Source: Nitrospirota bacterium (GTDB lineage: Bacteria; Nitrospirota; Nitrospiria; Nitrospirales; Nitrospiraceae). Taken from it: DNA of 64,000 nucleotides. Under the pieces are notes generated by a model, which saw only the letters and a program-made list of their open reading frames with translations, was not told where the DNA came from and did not search any database. The stretch covers positions 1-64,000 of the forward strand of contig CAVPGK010000020.1 of assembly GCA_963703955.1 (NCBI GenBank), read 5' to 3'. This document shows, in pieces, positions 19,575 through 31,358 of this stretch. Both the position numbers and the translations under genes were made by a program. Numbering within the stretch: position 1 is the stretch's first letter; the number at the start of each line of letters is the position of its first letter.

Positions 19575-20240
19575 TCAGTTTGAGGCGGTGCTCTTGGCCG
19601 ATGTCAGCCTTGGTTGGACAGACCCTTTCAACTTACGTACCCATTCGGCGAGGCGCATGATCTTTTCGACGGATGCGTCACGGAAGGACAGCATGGCGTC
19701 CTCATGGCCGGCTTGGGCACACATGGCAACGGTATAGCAGGACGTTCCACCTCTGATGATCTTCAAGGACAAATTCGCTTGGTGGCAGTGGACTCCCACA
19801 AACATGCAACAATCTATCTTATTATGCCAGATCGTGAGATTCGGATGATTAGGATTGATCTCAATTTCGGGGTTGATCTTCGGATACTTGGGCCGGTAAT
19901 CCGGCATGGGAATCAACATCGCCTTTTGGGCTGGCGTCACACATTCTTTAATCGTTTCATAGAGATGCCGAATGGCCGTCGCTTTCTTTGCCGCTTTTTC
20001 ATTCCACGCCCAAAGGACCAGTGGACCGGGAAAGATGGTTGGGACCTTGGCCATCAAGAATTGGCGCGCAGCTTCTTCCATGGCCTGCTCTTCGGGAACT
20101 ATGACACCATGGATGTGCCCTTCACCCGGATTGGGCAATCGAATGCCCATGGAAGCGGCTGCTGGCGGTAAAAAGTGCTCGGGCCCCGGTAGTACACGAT
20201 ACTGGCTCATTCGAATTGACTCCTGAACCGTGTTAAGCAT
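19575..20240 (-). CDS. forD: Delta subunit of a five-subunit 2-oxoacid:ferredoxin oxidoreductase (start 20240 or 20210)
   Basis: First gene of a D-A-B-G-E order as in Hydrogenobacter forDABGE; PDYRPKYPKINPE.EINPNHPN, GVHCH. Confidence 0.7.
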   Translation of the reverse strand: MLNTVQESIRMSQYRVLPGPEHFLPPAAASMGIRLPNPGEGHIHGVIVPEEQAMEEAARQFLMAKVPTIFPGPLVLWAWNEKAAKKATAIRHLYETIKECVTPAQKAMLIPMPDYRPKYPKINPEIEINPNHPNLTIWHNKIDCCMFVGVHCHQANLSLKIIRGGTSCYTVAMCAQAGHEDAMLSFRDASVEKIMRLAEWVRKLKGSVQPRLTSAKSTASN

Positions 20241-20433
20241 GGTTCCCCGCCTATTAGAGTTAGAGGGAGGTAAGTATGAGGTTCACTGTATGCTTTCATC
20301 ATGACGCCTTGCAAGCCAGCAGAAGACCCATCCCGAAGAGATTATGGGCCATAAAACGTAGGATATCCTAGGCCTTTTGTCCCACCTCATTCTGTCCGCA
20401 TTCCTTAATACTCGCGCCAAGTTCGAACGTGTT

Positions 20434-20463
20434 AGTATAACGACCGGTGTGGTGCATTGTCAA
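20434..20463 (-). promoter_or_regulatory. Putative sigma70 promoter of the for operon
   Basis: Minus strand TTGACA-18-TATACT. Confidence 0.65.
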
Positions 20464-20567
20464 CGAACAATTCGCCCTTCTTTCAGGAGGCCTTATACTG
20501 CTCCCGATTAAGACAGAGGCGGTGGAACTGAGTAGACTGTGGCTGATCCACACAGGAGGGGTCAGCC

Positions 20568-20846
20568 ATGAAGCGACGGAAATGGGATGCCAGGACCAAG
20601 GCTACTATCGTGCTGGAAGCGCTCAAGGGTAAGCCAGTGGCGACCATCTGTCAGGACTACCAGATCAGTCAGGCTCAGTACTATCAATGGCGCGACCAGT
20701 TTCTCGCGCACGCCCCCAAGGCGTTTGACGTGGCCAAGCACACCGAGCGGGAAGCCCGGCTCCAGCACGAGAACATCCGGCTCAAGAAGCTGGTCGGCGA
20801 ACTCACCTTGGAGCTCAAAAAAAGCGACGAGGAGGTGTGGCCATGA
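20568..20846 (+). CDS. IS3-family transposase OrfA (HTH)
   Basis: KRRKW...KATIVLEAL...YYQWR plus coiled coil; A7G slippery site at 20817-20824. Confidence 0.9.
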   Translation: MKRRKWDARTKATIVLEALKGKPVATICQDYQISQAQYYQWRDQFLAHAPKAFDVAKHTEREARLQHENIRLKKLVGELTLELKKSDEEVWP

Positions 20847-21619
20847 ACCGCCGCCGGTCGCCAACCGTGGACCAGCGCAACGCGCCACTGGTGGCGCTGA
20901 TCCAGGCGCTGAAAGCCGAGCATCCGTTCTGGGGCTATCGGCGCATCTGGGCCCACCTGCGCTTCGCAGAGGAGCGGGTCGTCAACAAGAAGCGTGTTCT
21001 GCGGTTGATGCGGGAGCACGGCTTGGTGGTGAAGGGCAATCCCCGGCTGAAGGCCATGCGCACCCCGACGCGGAACAAGCCACGGCCGATCGCGCCGAAT
21101 CAGTGGTGGGGTATCGATATGACCAAGGTGATGGTCGAGCCGGTCGGCTGGATGTATCTGGTCGTGGTGCTGGACTGGTACACGAAGAAGATCGTCGGCC
21201 ACTATGCTGGCCTCCAGGCCAACACGCAGCATTGGTTGGCTGCGCTAGACCGAGCGGTGCAGCGCCAGTTCCCGCATGGGAGCCGCGACCACGGCCTGCA
21301 TCTGATGAGTGACAACGGGTGTCAGCCGACCTCGGTCGCCTTCATGAAGGCCTCGGCGACCCTCGGCATCACGCAGGCCTTCACCAGTTACAACAACCCG
21401 AAGGGGAACGCGGATACGGAACGCCTCATGCGAACGCTCAAAGAAGAATTGCTCTGGCTTCGGGAGTGGACCAGCCCGCTGGAGCTGGAACAGGCGTTTC
21501 CTGCCTGGATTGAGTGGTACAACACGCGGTACTTGCATTCAGCTCTTGGTTATCGAACACCGTGCCAGACCGAACAACAACAGCTCACCAGCCACAGCAC
21601 TCAGTTTGTGGGCGCTTGA
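20843..21619 (+). CDS. IS3-family transposase OrfB (DDE integrase core)
   Basis: GYRRI, W.IDMT, SDNG, N...ER...TLKEE, YN..YLHSALGY.TP; in the -1 frame relative to orfA. Confidence 0.92.
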   Translation: MNRRRSPTVDQRNAPLVALIQALKAEHPFWGYRRIWAHLRFAEERVVNKKRVLRLMREHGLVVKGNPRLKAMRTPTRNKPRPIAPNQWWGIDMTKVMVEPVGWMYLVVVLDWYTKKIVGHYAGLQANTQHWLAALDRAVQRQFPHGSRDHGLHLMSDNGCQPTSVAFMKASATLGITQAFTSYNNPKGNADTERLMRTLKEELLWLREWTSPLELEQAFPAWIEWYNTRYLHSALGYRTPCQTEQQQLTSHSTQFVGA

Positions 21620-21899
21620 CAAATGGGGAGCACTACAGCCTATTCTTCTAAGCAATGATGGAACGAAAAACAAAATGGGACTTGTTAGGCCGGGGATACT
21701 GGTACAAGCTTCTTCTAAGCCAAACAGGCTCGCTTGAAATCTTCCCTAGCAAGTGTGTCTGGCTGAAGATGCGGATAAGTTCTGGCCTTCAGCAAGAAAG
21801 CCCGAGCGTTTGTTGGATCCACCCCTACGACCCTTGTTTAATCGCTTGGTGCGTGTTCCGATTCCGCAGTTCGAGATACGCCTGGCTTCTTAACAGATA

Positions 21900-22310
21900 G
21901 ACTTGCTTCGGATGGACAATCCGGTGCGTTCGCCTTGTTGGAACTCTTCCGAAGTTGCGACAGCATCACGCCTCGCTGCGCTCGTGTGCAAGCTGGGGGC
22001 CTATGATGTGCGAGATCGAAAAGCGGATCGATGCGGAGCATACGCTCGTAGGAATTCGCCGCATCCTTCAACCTCCGCTACCAGAATGAAGTCATCGTCC
22101 CGAGCAGTGCTTATGTACTTTGAGGATCGAGAACGAGCGCTCGATCGAACTCCGCGGCCACAACACCTGGTCTTCTTCGGAGGCTAAGCGTCGGAGTCAG
22201 GCATCGTTTGGGAGGCCTCTCTGCATCAACGATCTTGACATTCTGCGCAAAACCGGGGTACCTGAAAACAGAGCCGCCAGGAGTGAAATAACACGAGTAG
22301 AGATAACGTG
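21900..22310 (-). pseudogene. Decayed TPR-like exported protein (boundaries approximate)
   Basis: One frame reads AEFDRALVLDPQST*ALLGTMTSFW*RRLKDAANSYERMLRIDPLFDLAH, two TPR-like units with in-frame stops. Confidence 0.55.
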
Positions 22311-22474
22311 GGGGAGGTGACAGGAAGTTAACAGGAACGGGAGGGGATGACTCGCTCCTACACGAAGTGTGTTCACGTTGTCCCGCTTGCAGGTGAGGGA
22401 ATTCGCCCGAGCGCCATCTGTTACCCGGATAAGTAGGATTCGAGAGATGCACTCCCAGGAAGAAAAACCTTGAA

Positions 22475-22771
22475 CTAGGGGTCGCAACTCCCTTCAGCCT
22501 GTTTGGGAAAGACCTGCTGAAACGGGTGGACCTCCACTCGCTCGAATACCCCATTGATTGTGTAGGGATCGGTTCTTGCGAGGGCTTCCGCTTCAACCAG
22601 AGACTCTGCGGTTATAACGATAAGGCTTCCCGCGCCATCGGTGAGAGGACCGGCAAGGACGACCCGTCGTTTGGCATCCAGGGCTTCCATTTTCTCTAAG
22701 TGGGCCGGACGGTGGATCTTTCGCTTAGCCGCCCCATCTGGTCCGTCGAATCCAAGGATTACAAACGTCAT
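22475..22771 (-). CDS. yciI: YciI family protein
   Basis: R..HRPAHL, LAGP, GSL, DPY...GVF. Confidence 0.9.
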   Translation of the reverse strand: MTFVILGFDGPDGAAKRKIHRPAHLEKMEALDAKRRVVLAGPLTDGAGSLIVITAESLVEAEALARTDPYTINGVFERVEVHPFQQVFPKQAEGSCDP

Positions 22772-22783
22772 CTAACGGGAGCC

Positions 22784-23191
22784 TCATGGTTCGAGTGGCT
22801 GGCGATCGGTATAGCCGCTGTGGATTTCATGCCACCAGCGAATTTCCGTCTCTCCACACTTCCAACAAAGATAAACAATGCGGCCCTCCATCTGATGTGG
22901 AAAATCACACAGTCCAATATCCAGATCTTTGACCAACACGCCTATTTCTTGGATGGCGCGAAGGTGTTCACTGATATGTTCAAGGGCGGAAATATAATGA
23001 TGTCCGGCAAAACTCCCCCCCCCAAACTGAGACTTGGAACTTGCCTTCTTAATCTCGTCCTTCGTTCGAATGAGAACAGCCTTGGCTTGTCGAATAGCGG
23101 AGAGATGGTCCTCGAGTTGAGGGATCAATTGATTGGCTTCGGAAAGCGTGAACAGGCGTTCCAGGTTTTGGCCCTCTTCTCGATGTCCCAT
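22784..23191 (-). CDS. DUF2203 family protein
   Basis: FTLSEAN.L.P, KDLD.GLCDFP, YLCWK.GE..I.WWH...G...R.P. Confidence 0.85.
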   Translation of the reverse strand: MGHREEGQNLERLFTLSEANQLIPQLEDHLSAIRQAKAVLIRTKDEIKKASSKSQFGGGSFAGHHYISALEHISEHLRAIQEIGVLVKDLDIGLCDFPHQMEGRIVYLCWKCGETEIRWWHEIHSGYTDRQPLEP

Positions 23192-23332
23192 GAGGTTGTC
23201 TTTAGCATAAACGCTGTCCCTTCGCAACGATTAGGCATGAAAGAGCGACCCTTTCCAAGTTCTGCTGCCTTGGGGGCAGACGTCCCCTTGGAGGCATGTC
23301 TCTTGTACCAGAAAAACCGATAGAAATGACTA

Positions 23333-23361
23333 TTGACAAAGAGAAGAGCCGTCGATACTAT
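23333..23361 (+). promoter_or_regulatory. Putative sigma70 promoter of rho
   Basis: TTGACA-17-TACTAT, about 310 nt before the start codon. Confidence 0.6.
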
Positions 23362-23673
23362 GTTTTATAGACTTCCCATTGAAACGACCCGAAGTTACTT
23401 CCATCCCAGTGCAGCTTCCCGGGGCAGATCTCGAAACAAACCACTGAAGGGCCGATAAAGGCGAAGCGTGGTGCGGTCCCTGTGCGGGAGCACCAACCAT
23501 CAACCATGGAGACTTAGGGCGCCACAGAGTGTTTCTTCGCTGGCCACCCTCTTCGTAAGCAGACAGACACATCTCTTGTTCAGTGCAGGCAGAAGATACC
23601 ATTTTTGGCTTGTTTCTGACTTCAACCCTCAGCGGTTACAAGTCGGTGAGCCCACATGTTAAGGGAGAAGACC

Positions 23674-24924
23674 ATGCATCTTGCCGAGCTCAAGCAGAAA
23701 ACTATCGCGGATCTCAATGATGTGGCGCGAGACCTCAAGATTGAGGGCGCGGCCAACTTCAGAAAACAAGAATTGATCTTTGCCATTCTTCAGGCTCAAA
23801 CCGAGAAAAACGGTGTGATCTTCGGGGAGGGCGTGTTGGAAACCTTACCAGATGGTTTTGGTTTCCTCCGCGCCCCGGATTCGAACTATCTGCCTGGGCC
23901 GGACGACATCTATATTTCTCCTTCCCAAATACGTCGCTTCAACCTCAGAACCGGTGACATCGTGTCAGGGCAGATCCGCCCACCCAAAGAGAGCGAGCGG
24001 TACTTCGCGCTTCTCAAGGTCGAGAAGGTGAACTTTGAGGACCCCGAGGTCGCTCGAGACAAGATCTTGTTCGACAACCTGACTCCCCTCTATCCCGAAG
24101 AGCGGATCAACTTGGAATTCGATACGGAAGAGTATTGCACTCGGGTCATGGACCTGACGACGCCAATCGGGAAGGGGCAGCGGGGCCTTATTGTCGCCGC
24201 GCCGAGGACCGGCAAGACGATGCTGCTTCAGGCAATCGCCCGGGCGGTTTTGAAAAACCATCCCGAGGTCATGCTGATTGTACTATTGATCGATGAGCGT
24301 CCTGAGGAAGTCACCGACTGGCAGCGGCAAGTGAAGGCAGCGGAAGTTATCAGTTCCACGTTCGACGAACCGGCTCAGCGACACGCGCAGGTAGCCGAGA
24401 TGGTGCTGGAAAAGGCGAAGCGCTTGGTGGAACATAAGCGCGATGTCGTCATCCTGTTGGACAGTATTACGCGGTTGGCTCGCGCCTATAACACTATTGC
24501 TCCCCCGAGCGGGAAGGTGCTCTCCGGAGGTCTGGATTCAAACGCGCTCCAACGCCCGAAGCGATTCTTCGGTGCCGCTCGCAATATCGAGAATGGCGGA
24601 AGCTTGACGATCATGGCCACCGCATTGGTGGATACGGGGAGCCGTATGGACGACGTCATTTTTGAAGAGTTCAAGGGGACCGGTAATATGGAGGTCCACC
24701 TCGATCGACGGTTGGCTGACAAGCGCATCTTCCCGGCCATCGATATCAGCCAGTCTGGTACTCGCAAAGAAGAGCTGTTGGTCGATCGTGACAGACTGAA
24801 CAAGATGTGGATTTTGAGGAAGGTGCTCAGCCCGCTCGGAACCATGGAAGCCATGGAGTTCTTGATGGATAAGATTGGAGGGACCAAGACCAATCAGGAG
24901 TTCCTGCAATCGATGAATCGGTAG
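23674..24924 (+). CDS. rho: Transcription termination factor Rho
   Basis: [36 protein letters not shown]. Confidence 0.99.
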   Translation: MHLAELKQKTIADLNDVARDLKIEGAANFRKQELIFAILQAQTEKNGVIFGEGVLETLPDGFGFLRAPDSNYLPGPDDIYISPSQIRRFNLRTGDIVSGQIRPPKESERYFALLKVEKVNFEDPEVARDKILFDNLTPLYPEERINLEFDTEEYCTRVMDLTTPIGKGQRGLIVAAPRTGKTMLLQAIARAVLKNHPEVMLIVLLIDERPEEVTDWQRQVKAAEVISSTFDEPAQRHAQVAEMVLEKAKRLVEHKRDVVILLDSITRLARAYNTIAPPSGKVLSGGLDSNALQRPKRFFGAARNIENGGSLTIMATALVDTGSRMDDVIFEEFKGTGNMEVHLDRRLADKRIFPAIDISQSGTRKEELLVDRDRLNKMWILRKVLSPLGTMEAMEFLMDKIGGTKTNQEFLQSMNR

Positions 24925-25087
24925 GAAGGAAAGGGATGGGCTGAGCGATCCTTGGTGCTTGAGCAGCGCGGGCTTTTAGCCCACCCTCCCAAGACGCGTC
25001 CATTCCCGAGCAGCAGGTGCTGGCTGTGGACGTGCAGGACGAGTCGATCAGCCCGCACTTTAGACACCCGAAAGATAGGGGGACAGA

Positions 25088-25288
25088 ATGAAAAGGGGCA
25101 TCCATCCGGCGTACAAAGAAGCGACGGTTCATTGCGCGTGTGGGGCGACCTTTAAGACACGATCCACGGCCGGTAACCTGAACGTTGATATCTGTTCCAA
25201 TTGCCATCCGTTCTTTACCGGAACGCAAAAAATCGTGGACACCGAAGGGCGGGTGGAACGATTCAAGAAGAAGTATGCCAAGAAATAA
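25088..25288 (+). CDS. rpmE: 50S ribosomal protein L31 (zinc-binding type)
   Basis: [22 protein letters not shown]. Confidence 0.98.
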   Translation: MKRGIHPAYKEATVHCACGATFKTRSTAGNLNVDICSNCHPFFTGTQKIVDTEGRVERFKKKYAKK

Positions 25289-25311
25289 CCCCGCGCAATG
25301 ACCGCTTCAAA

Positions 25312-25348
25312 AGATCCTGTCTCAAGGCGAGGCAGGGTTTTTCGTTTT
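25312..25348 (+). terminator. Terminator after rpmE
   Basis: GATCCTGTCTC-loop-GAGGCAGGGTT followed by a T-tract. Confidence 0.65.
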
Positions 25349-25361
25349 AACCGGTAGAATC

Positions 25362-26471
25362 ATGGCTTATATTCAGACCGCGGACGCGAGGGACGTACCG
25401 TTGCTCGCAAAATGGGAGCATGTGGTGACTCGTTATGAAGAGCTGAACCACCAGCTCACGGATCCGTCCGTTCTCAGCCAGCCGACCCTCATTCACAAGT
25501 TGAATAAAGAGCGAACTGAAATAGAGCAGATCGCCGTACTCTATTCCTCCTACCAGGAGCTGTTGAAGCAACTTGCGGAGACAGACCAACTGCTCACTGA
25601 TCCCACCGTTGGGTCCGATTTGAAGGGACTCGCTGCCGACGAGGCTCGCCGACTCCAAGAGCGACGGCGGGAACTGGAGCGCATGGCCATCGAGCTTCTT
25701 GAGCCGAAGGACCCGCGGGACGAGAAAAGTACATTTGTCGAGATTCGCGCCGGGACGGGTGGAGACGAAGCGGCCCTTTTTGCCGGAGATCTGTTCCGGA
25801 TGTACGCCAAGTACGCCGAAAAAAAACGCCTCCGGGTTGAGGTGGTCGAGTCCCACGAAACAGGAATCGGTGGATATAAGGACCTGGTCATGCTGGTCGA
25901 GGGGAAGGGTGCATACGGATTCCTGAAGTATGAGAGCGGCGTCCATCGTGTTCAGCGAATTCCCGCGACCGAAGCCAGCGGGCGCATTCATACGTCGACC
26001 GCGACGGTGGCCGTCATGCCTGAAGTGGAAGAAATCGACGTCCAGATCGATCCCAAGGATCTCAGGATCGATACCTTCTGTTCCTCAGGTGCCGGCGGGC
26101 AAAGCGTGAACACGACCTATTCGGCGGTTCGGATTACCCATATCCCGACAGGTGTTGTCGTGAGCTGCCAAGATGAGCGTTCCCAGTTGAAGAACCGAAT
26201 GAAGGCGATGCGGACCCTGCGGGCCCGTATTGTCGAAGCGGAGCGAGCCAAACGAGAAGCGGAAATCGCGCAGAATCGAAGAAATCAAGTTGGGACCGGT
26301 GACCGGAGTGAAAAGATTCGAACCTATAATTTCCCGCAGAACCGTGTGACGGATCATCGTATCGGACTGACTCTCCACAAACTCGAACAGGTGCTTGCCG
26401 GCGACCTGGATGAGGTTGTCGATGGGCTCCGAGCAGCCCAGCCTCGCGCCGCGGCTCCGGAGTCTCCATGA
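25362..26471 (+). CDS. prfA: Peptide chain release factor 1
   Basis: PAT tripeptide in [26 protein letters not shown]. Confidence 0.98.
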   Translation: MAYIQTADARDVPLLAKWEHVVTRYEELNHQLTDPSVLSQPTLIHKLNKERTEIEQIAVLYSSYQELLKQLAETDQLLTDPTVGSDLKGLAADEARRLQERRRELERMAIELLEPKDPRDEKSTFVEIRAGTGGDEAALFAGDLFRMYAKYAEKKRLRVEVVESHETGIGGYKDLVMLVEGKGAYGFLKYESGVHRVQRIPATEASGRIHTSTATVAVMPEVEEIDVQIDPKDLRIDTFCSSGAGGQSVNTTYSAVRITHIPTGVVVSCQDERSQLKNRMKAMRTLRARIVEAERAKREAEIAQNRRNQVGTGDRSEKIRTYNFPQNRVTDHRIGLTLHKLEQVLAGDLDEVVDGLRAAQPRAAAPESP

Positions 26472-27424
26472 ACGACGTGCTGACTGAGGAGCCGCTTGGG
26501 CAAATGCGCGGCTCGAGAGATGATACATCCTGCGAGCCGGTGAGCACTGGATCGATGACTCTGGCTCGGTTAATCCGTAAGGGGGTGAAGCTCTTGTCCG
26601 CGGCCGGCGTCGACCATGCGGAGCAGGAGACGTTCTGGATCCTGGAGTTCGCCTTCGATACGAGTCGCCTGCTCTTTCACCTTGATGGCCGACGCAAGGT
26701 GACGCCGGAAGAGTGGAGCCGGGCGATGACGCTCCTTGAGCGTCGAGCGGATCGGGAACCGCTCCAACATATCCTAGGCACCCAAGAATTCTGCGGTTTG
26801 GAGTTTGAAGTCGGGCCCGAGGTCTTCATCCCTCGACCGGAGACCGAGTTGGTGGTTGAAGAAGTCCGGCGCCACTGTCTCTCACGGTCGTATTCTCTCA
26901 TTGCTGATATCGGGACAGGATCGGGGTGCATCGCTGTTGCCTTGGCGCAGACCTTGTCCACGGCGAAGGTCTATGCCGTGGACCTTTCGAAGCGGGCGCT
27001 CAGATATGCCCGACGCAACGCGATCCGGCACGCCGTGAGCGAGCGGGTGACCTACCTGGAAGGAGACCTCTTCCAACCCCTCAGGGGACTTGGCTTAGAA
27101 GGAAAGCTTGCGGTGGCGGTGTCCAATCCTCCTTATATCACTAGTGGTGATGTCTCTGGTCTTTCCCCGGAAGTCAGGGACTATGAACCGCGGCTCGCCT
27201 TGACCGGTGGACTGGACGGCCTCACGTTCTACCGAAGACTTCTGCCAGGGGCGCTCGAATTTCTCGAGCCCGACGGATTGCTGGTTCTTGAGCTGGGACA
27301 TGGGCAGTCGGAGCAGGTTCGTCGGATGGCCTTGGACTTGAATCAGTATGGCTCAATCCGAACCGTGATCGACCAAGCAGGCATTGAACGAGTTATGTGC
27401 CTCGAAAGAAAGGCGCTGCGTTGA
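26468..27424 (+). CDS. prmC: Release factor glutamine methyltransferase
   Basis: IPRPETE, DIGTGSG, SNPPY. Confidence 0.97.
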   Translation: MNDVLTEEPLGQMRGSRDDTSCEPVSTGSMTLARLIRKGVKLLSAAGVDHAEQETFWILEFAFDTSRLLFHLDGRRKVTPEEWSRAMTLLERRADREPLQHILGTQEFCGLEFEVGPEVFIPRPETELVVEEVRRHCLSRSYSLIADIGTGSGCIAVALAQTLSTAKVYAVDLSKRALRYARRNAIRHAVSERVTYLEGDLFQPLRGLGLEGKLAVAVSNPPYITSGDVSGLSPEVRDYEPRLALTGGLDGLTFYRRLLPGALEFLEPDGLLVLELGHGQSEQVRRMALDLNQYGSIRTVIDQAGIERVMCLERKALR

Positions 27425-27473
27425 ATAGCTTGCGGAGCGAGCGCACATCGGTGACGACTCGGCGCTGACATCC

Positions 27474-28748
27474 ATGGATCAAATCCTTATTACCGGCGGC
27501 CATACTCTCCGGGGAACGGTCAGGATCAGCGGCTCAAAAAACGCAGCGCTGCCTATTCTCGCCTCCACGATCTTGGGAGGAGACTGCGTCATCACCAATG
27601 TGCCTCGGGTTGCGGATGTCGTCACCATGTGCAAGTTGCTGGGTATGCTGGGCGCCACGCTGACTTTTGAGGATAACCGAGTTGCGACCAGTACCGGCAA
27701 ACTTCGATCGACCCAAGCCCCGTATGATCTCGTGCGGACCATGCGTGCCTCCATTCTCGTGCTGGGTCCCCTCTTGGCGCGCTGGGGGGAGGCGACGGTG
27801 TCGCTTCCGGGTGGCTGTGCGATCGGAACCAGGCCGGTAGATTTGCATCTCTTAGGCTTGACTAAACTTGGCGCGGAGGTCAGCGTTGAACACGGGTATG
27901 TTAGGGCGAAAGCGGGTCGCCTTCGGGGCGCACGCCTGTACCTTGATGTGCCGACCGTGACAGGGACGGAAAACTTGATGATGGCGGCTTGTCTGGCAGA
28001 TGGAACTACCATCATCGAAAATGCCGCCAAAGAGCCTGAGATCGTGGACCTCGCTGATTGTTTGGTCAAACGGGGCGCCAGAATTGCTGGCGCGGGCTCC
28101 GACCTGATTACAATCGAGGGAGTCCGGGAGCTTCGAGGCGCGGATCACGAGGTTATTCCGGATCGCATTGAAGCCGGTACGTATCTGACCGCAGGGGCGA
28201 TCACCGCTGGTGACGTGTGCGTCGATCATTGTCAGCCCACGCAGTTGGAAGCTGTGATCATGAAGTTGCGTGAAACCGGGGCTGAGGTCACCGAAGGCAA
28301 GGAGACGGTCCGCGTGAAAGTTTCTGGACGACTTAAGGGTGTGGACGTCAAGACCTTCACATACCCTGGATTCCCGACCGATATGCAGGCACAGATGATG
28401 GCGCTCATGTGCATCGCGATGGGAACGAGCGTCATCACGGAGACGATCTTCGAAAGCCGATTCATTCATGTCCCCGAGTTGCGTCGTATGGGAGCCGACA
28501 TCAAAGTTGATGGGAACCATGCGGTCGTCCACGGGAGCAATCACCTTGCGGGCGCGCCGGTCATGGCCTCAGATCTCCGCGCCAGCGCCGGGTTGATTCT
28601 CGCCGGACTGGCTGCGGAGGGGCAGACGGAGATCTCACGCGTTTACCACTTGGACCGGGGATACGAACGAATCGAGGATAAACTTCGCGATCTCGGCGCA
28701 GCGGTTCGTCGAGTTCCGTCGGGTTCCGTCGCCGCGGCGAGCACGTAA
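27474..28748 (+). CDS. murA: UDP-N-acetylglucosamine 1-carboxyvinyltransferase
   Basis: [28 protein letters not shown]. Confidence 0.98.
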   Translation: MDQILITGGHTLRGTVRISGSKNAALPILASTILGGDCVITNVPRVADVVTMCKLLGMLGATLTFEDNRVATSTGKLRSTQAPYDLVRTMRASILVLGPLLARWGEATVSLPGGCAIGTRPVDLHLLGLTKLGAEVSVEHGYVRAKAGRLRGARLYLDVPTVTGTENLMMAACLADGTTIIENAAKEPEIVDLADCLVKRGARIAGAGSDLITIEGVRELRGADHEVIPDRIEAGTYLTAGAITAGDVCVDHCQPTQLEAVIMKLRETGAEVTEGKETVRVKVSGRLKGVDVKTFTYPGFPTDMQAQMMALMCIAMGTSVITETIFESRFIHVPELRRMGADIKVDGNHAVVHGSNHLAGAPVMASDLRASAGLILAGLAAEGQTEISRVYHLDRGYERIEDKLRDLGAAVRRVPSGSVAAAST

Positions 28749-28751
28749 ACC

Positions 28752-29429
28752 ATGGTCACGGTGGCGTTGTCAAAAGGAAAATTGCTTGGTCCCACTCTTG
28801 CCTTGTTTAAGAAAGCCGGGGTTGCGAACGGGCACCTCTCCGAAGAAAGCCGACGTCTGGTGTTTCCTTGCGCTCAGACCGATACGACGCTGCTGATCGT
28901 GAGGCCCAGCGATGTTGCGACATATGTGGAGTATGGAGCCGCCGATGTCGGCGTCGTCGGGAAGGATATGCTGTTGGAGCAGGATCGAGATGTGTATGAG
29001 CCGTTGGACCTGAAGTTCGGGGCCTGCCGAATTTCAGTGGCCGCCCTTCGAGGCCAGGAAGTTCCTGACCGGTTGTCCTCCAAGATTCGAGTCGCTACGA
29101 AATATCCGAACATAACTGAGCGGTATTTCAATCAGAAAGGTATTCCCGTCGAGGTCATTAAGCTGTACGGGTCGATCGAACTGGCTCCGCTCGTCGGGTT
29201 GGCCGATCGAATTGTCGACCTCGTGTCAAGCGGGCAGACCTTGAAAGCCCATAATCTGGTCGAGGTGGAGGTGATCGCGGAGTCCACGGCTCGGCTGATT
29301 GTCAACCGGGCCAGCCTCAAGATGAAGCATCAGAGCATCACCAACCTGATTGAGAAGTTGAAGCACAGCCGAAGGCGAGACGGCCGGAAACGCCGTGTGA
29401 ACCGAGGCGCGGCTGGAGAGCGGCCATGA
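28752..29429 (+). CDS. hisG: ATP phosphoribosyltransferase, short form
   Basis: ALSKGK, ATKYP, GSIELAP, DLVSSGQTL; no C-terminal regulatory domain. Confidence 0.97.
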   Translation: MVTVALSKGKLLGPTLALFKKAGVANGHLSEESRRLVFPCAQTDTTLLIVRPSDVATYVEYGAADVGVVGKDMLLEQDRDVYEPLDLKFGACRISVAALRGQEVPDRLSSKIRVATKYPNITERYFNQKGIPVEVIKLYGSIELAPLVGLADRIVDLVSSGQTLKAHNLVEVEVIAESTARLIVNRASLKMKHQSITNLIEKLKHSRRRDGRKRRVNRGAAGERP

Positions 29430-30709
29430 AAGTAGTCGTGAGCAAGGATCGGACATTCACGGCCGCAGTAGCACGGATCACTTCTCGATCCAACCTTAAC
29501 GCCGGGAAGGTCGAGACGGCAGTCAAATCCATTCTGAAGGGGGTTGAGCGGGGAGGCGATCAGGCGGTCATTCGTTATACGAAGAAGTTTGACCGAATCA
29601 CGCTCAAGCTCTCACAACTCCGTGTCAGTCCGGAGCACGTGAAAGAAGCCTACTATCAAATTCGCAAGGAAGAAGGAGACGCCCTGCGATTTGCCGCTCA
29701 ACGCATCACGGCCTTTCATGAGCGGCAACGACCCAAGACCTGGATGTATCAAGACAGCGGAGCAACGTTGGGGCAGATGATCCTGCCGCTCGACGCCGTT
29801 GGGCTTTATGTGCCCGGTGGAAAAGCGGTGTACCCGTCCTCCGTGCTGATGAGCGCGATCCCGGCAAAGGTAGCCGGCGTGAAGCGTGTGGTCATGTGCA
29901 CGCCGGCTCAAAAGATCGGAATAAGCCCGTATCTGCTCGTTGCGGCAGATATCGCGGGCGTGGATGAGGTGTACCGGATCGGCGGAGTGCAGGCGATTGC
30001 GGCGATGGCGTACGGCACGAAAACTCTGGACCGCGTCGACAAGATCGTCGGCCCCGGAAATATCTACGTGGCGACGGCCAAACGCTTGATGTACGGGACG
30101 GTAGGCATCGATATGGTCGCGGGTCCCAGCGAGTTGCTGGTGGTCGCGGATGAGGCCGCGAATCCCTCGCACGTGGCGGCCGACCTCCTCTGTGAAGCAG
30201 AACACGACGAGGATGCCAAGGTCTATTTGGTGACGACCTCGGCGCGTTTGGCGCAGGAGGTGTCGCGCCGCATATCAGAGCAGCTGACGAAGTTGAGCAG
30301 AGAAAAAATCATTGCGAAGTCGATCGGCCGTCACGCAGTGGCATTCGTCGTGGACAGTCTCGAAGAAGCCATCGATCTTGCGAACGAGATCGCGCCGGAG
30401 CACATTACGCTCTCCGTGGACCGACCATTCGACTATCTGGAAAAGGTTCGGCATGCCGGGGCGCTATTTCTAGGACGGTATACTCCCCCGGCGGTGGCGG
30501 ATTACGTAGCGGGTCCTAATCACGTGCTGCCGACCGGAGGCACGGCGAGATTCTTCTCACCCCTTTCCATCGAGGATTATGTGAAAACGAGCAATATCAT
30601 CTCCTACAGCAAAGAGGAATTGGCGAAAGTGAAGGATCATCTGATTCGCATCGCCCAGATGGAAGGGCTTGATGCGCATGCGAAATCCCTGGAGAGCAGG
30701 CAACCATGA
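29426..30709 (+). CDS. hisD: Histidinol dehydrogenase
   Basis: YVPGG, GPGN.YV, AGPSE, EAEH, APEH. Confidence 0.98.
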   Translation: MKVVVSKDRTFTAAVARITSRSNLNAGKVETAVKSILKGVERGGDQAVIRYTKKFDRITLKLSQLRVSPEHVKEAYYQIRKEEGDALRFAAQRITAFHERQRPKTWMYQDSGATLGQMILPLDAVGLYVPGGKAVYPSSVLMSAIPAKVAGVKRVVMCTPAQKIGISPYLLVAADIAGVDEVYRIGGVQAIAAMAYGTKTLDRVDKIVGPGNIYVATAKRLMYGTVGIDMVAGPSELLVVADEAANPSHVAADLLCEAEHDEDAKVYLVTTSARLAQEVSRRISEQLTKLSREKIIAKSIGRHAVAFVVDSLEEAIDLANEIAPEHITLSVDRPFDYLEKVRHAGALFLGRYTPPAVADYVAGPNHVLPTGGTARFFSPLSIEDYVKTSNIISYSKEELAKVKDHLIRIAQMEGLDAHAKSLESRQP

Positions 30710-31305
30710 AGACCATGCCGATTCGTCGTGCTACCGTCGAACGACAGACCAGCGAAACCCATGTCAATGTCGATTGGGTCCTTGACGGGAGTGGTCAGGG
30801 TCGCATTCGAACGACCATTCCGTTCCTCGACCACATGCTCGAGTTGTTGACCAAACACGGCTTTTTTGACCTCACAGTGGAAGCCAAAGGGGATACCGAG
30901 ATCGACGAGCATCACACGTTAGAAGATGTGGGAATCGTGCTTGGTGACGCGCTCAAACAGGCATTGGGAAAGAAAGAAGGCGTGCGTCGATTCGGATGGG
31001 CATCGGTTCCACTAGACGAGGCCCTTGCGCAGGTAACGGTGGACCTCAGCGGGCGGCCCTACTTGGTCTATCAATTGGAGCTTCCCCAGCGCCGGATCAA
31101 ATCATTCGATCTCGGCTTGTTCGAGGATTTTTTCCAGGCGTTCGTCACGCATGCGGCCCTGAATCTGCACGTCAACGTGCTGTATGGCCGCAATCCCCAT
31201 CACATCATGGAGGCCGTGTTCAAGGCATTGGCAAAGGCGTTGGATCAGGCCACATCGATCGACGAGCGGGTGTCCGGGGTGCTCTCGACTAAGGGCAAGC
31301 TGTAA
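30706..31305 (+). CDS. hisB: Imidazoleglycerol-phosphate dehydratase
   Basis: FLDHML, DEHHT.ED, N.HH..EA.FKA, STKG.L. Confidence 0.98.
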   Translation: MKTMPIRRATVERQTSETHVNVDWVLDGSGQGRIRTTIPFLDHMLELLTKHGFFDLTVEAKGDTEIDEHHTLEDVGIVLGDALKQALGKKEGVRRFGWASVPLDEALAQVTVDLSGRPYLVYQLELPQRRIKSFDLGLFEDFFQAFVTHAALNLHVNVLYGRNPHHIMEAVFKALAKALDQATSIDERVSGVLSTKGKL

Positions 31306-31358
31306 TCTTCCTCGTCCTCTCCATCCCGGCGATGTGACAGTCGGATCATGGGTGTTCA

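Larger units (their letters stand above)
20494..21637 (+). mobile_element. IS3-family insertion sequence, 1144 bp, 4-bp target duplication GCCT
   Basis: Imperfect terminal IRs TATACTGCTCCCGATT and TGTAGTGCTCCCCATT; GCCT at 20490-20493 and 21638-21641; orfA/orfB. Confidence 0.92.

Noticed and set aside
28752..29429. hisG as a truncated pseudogene
   Set aside because: Short-form HisG that partners with HisZ is normal; hisZ is probably elsewhere.
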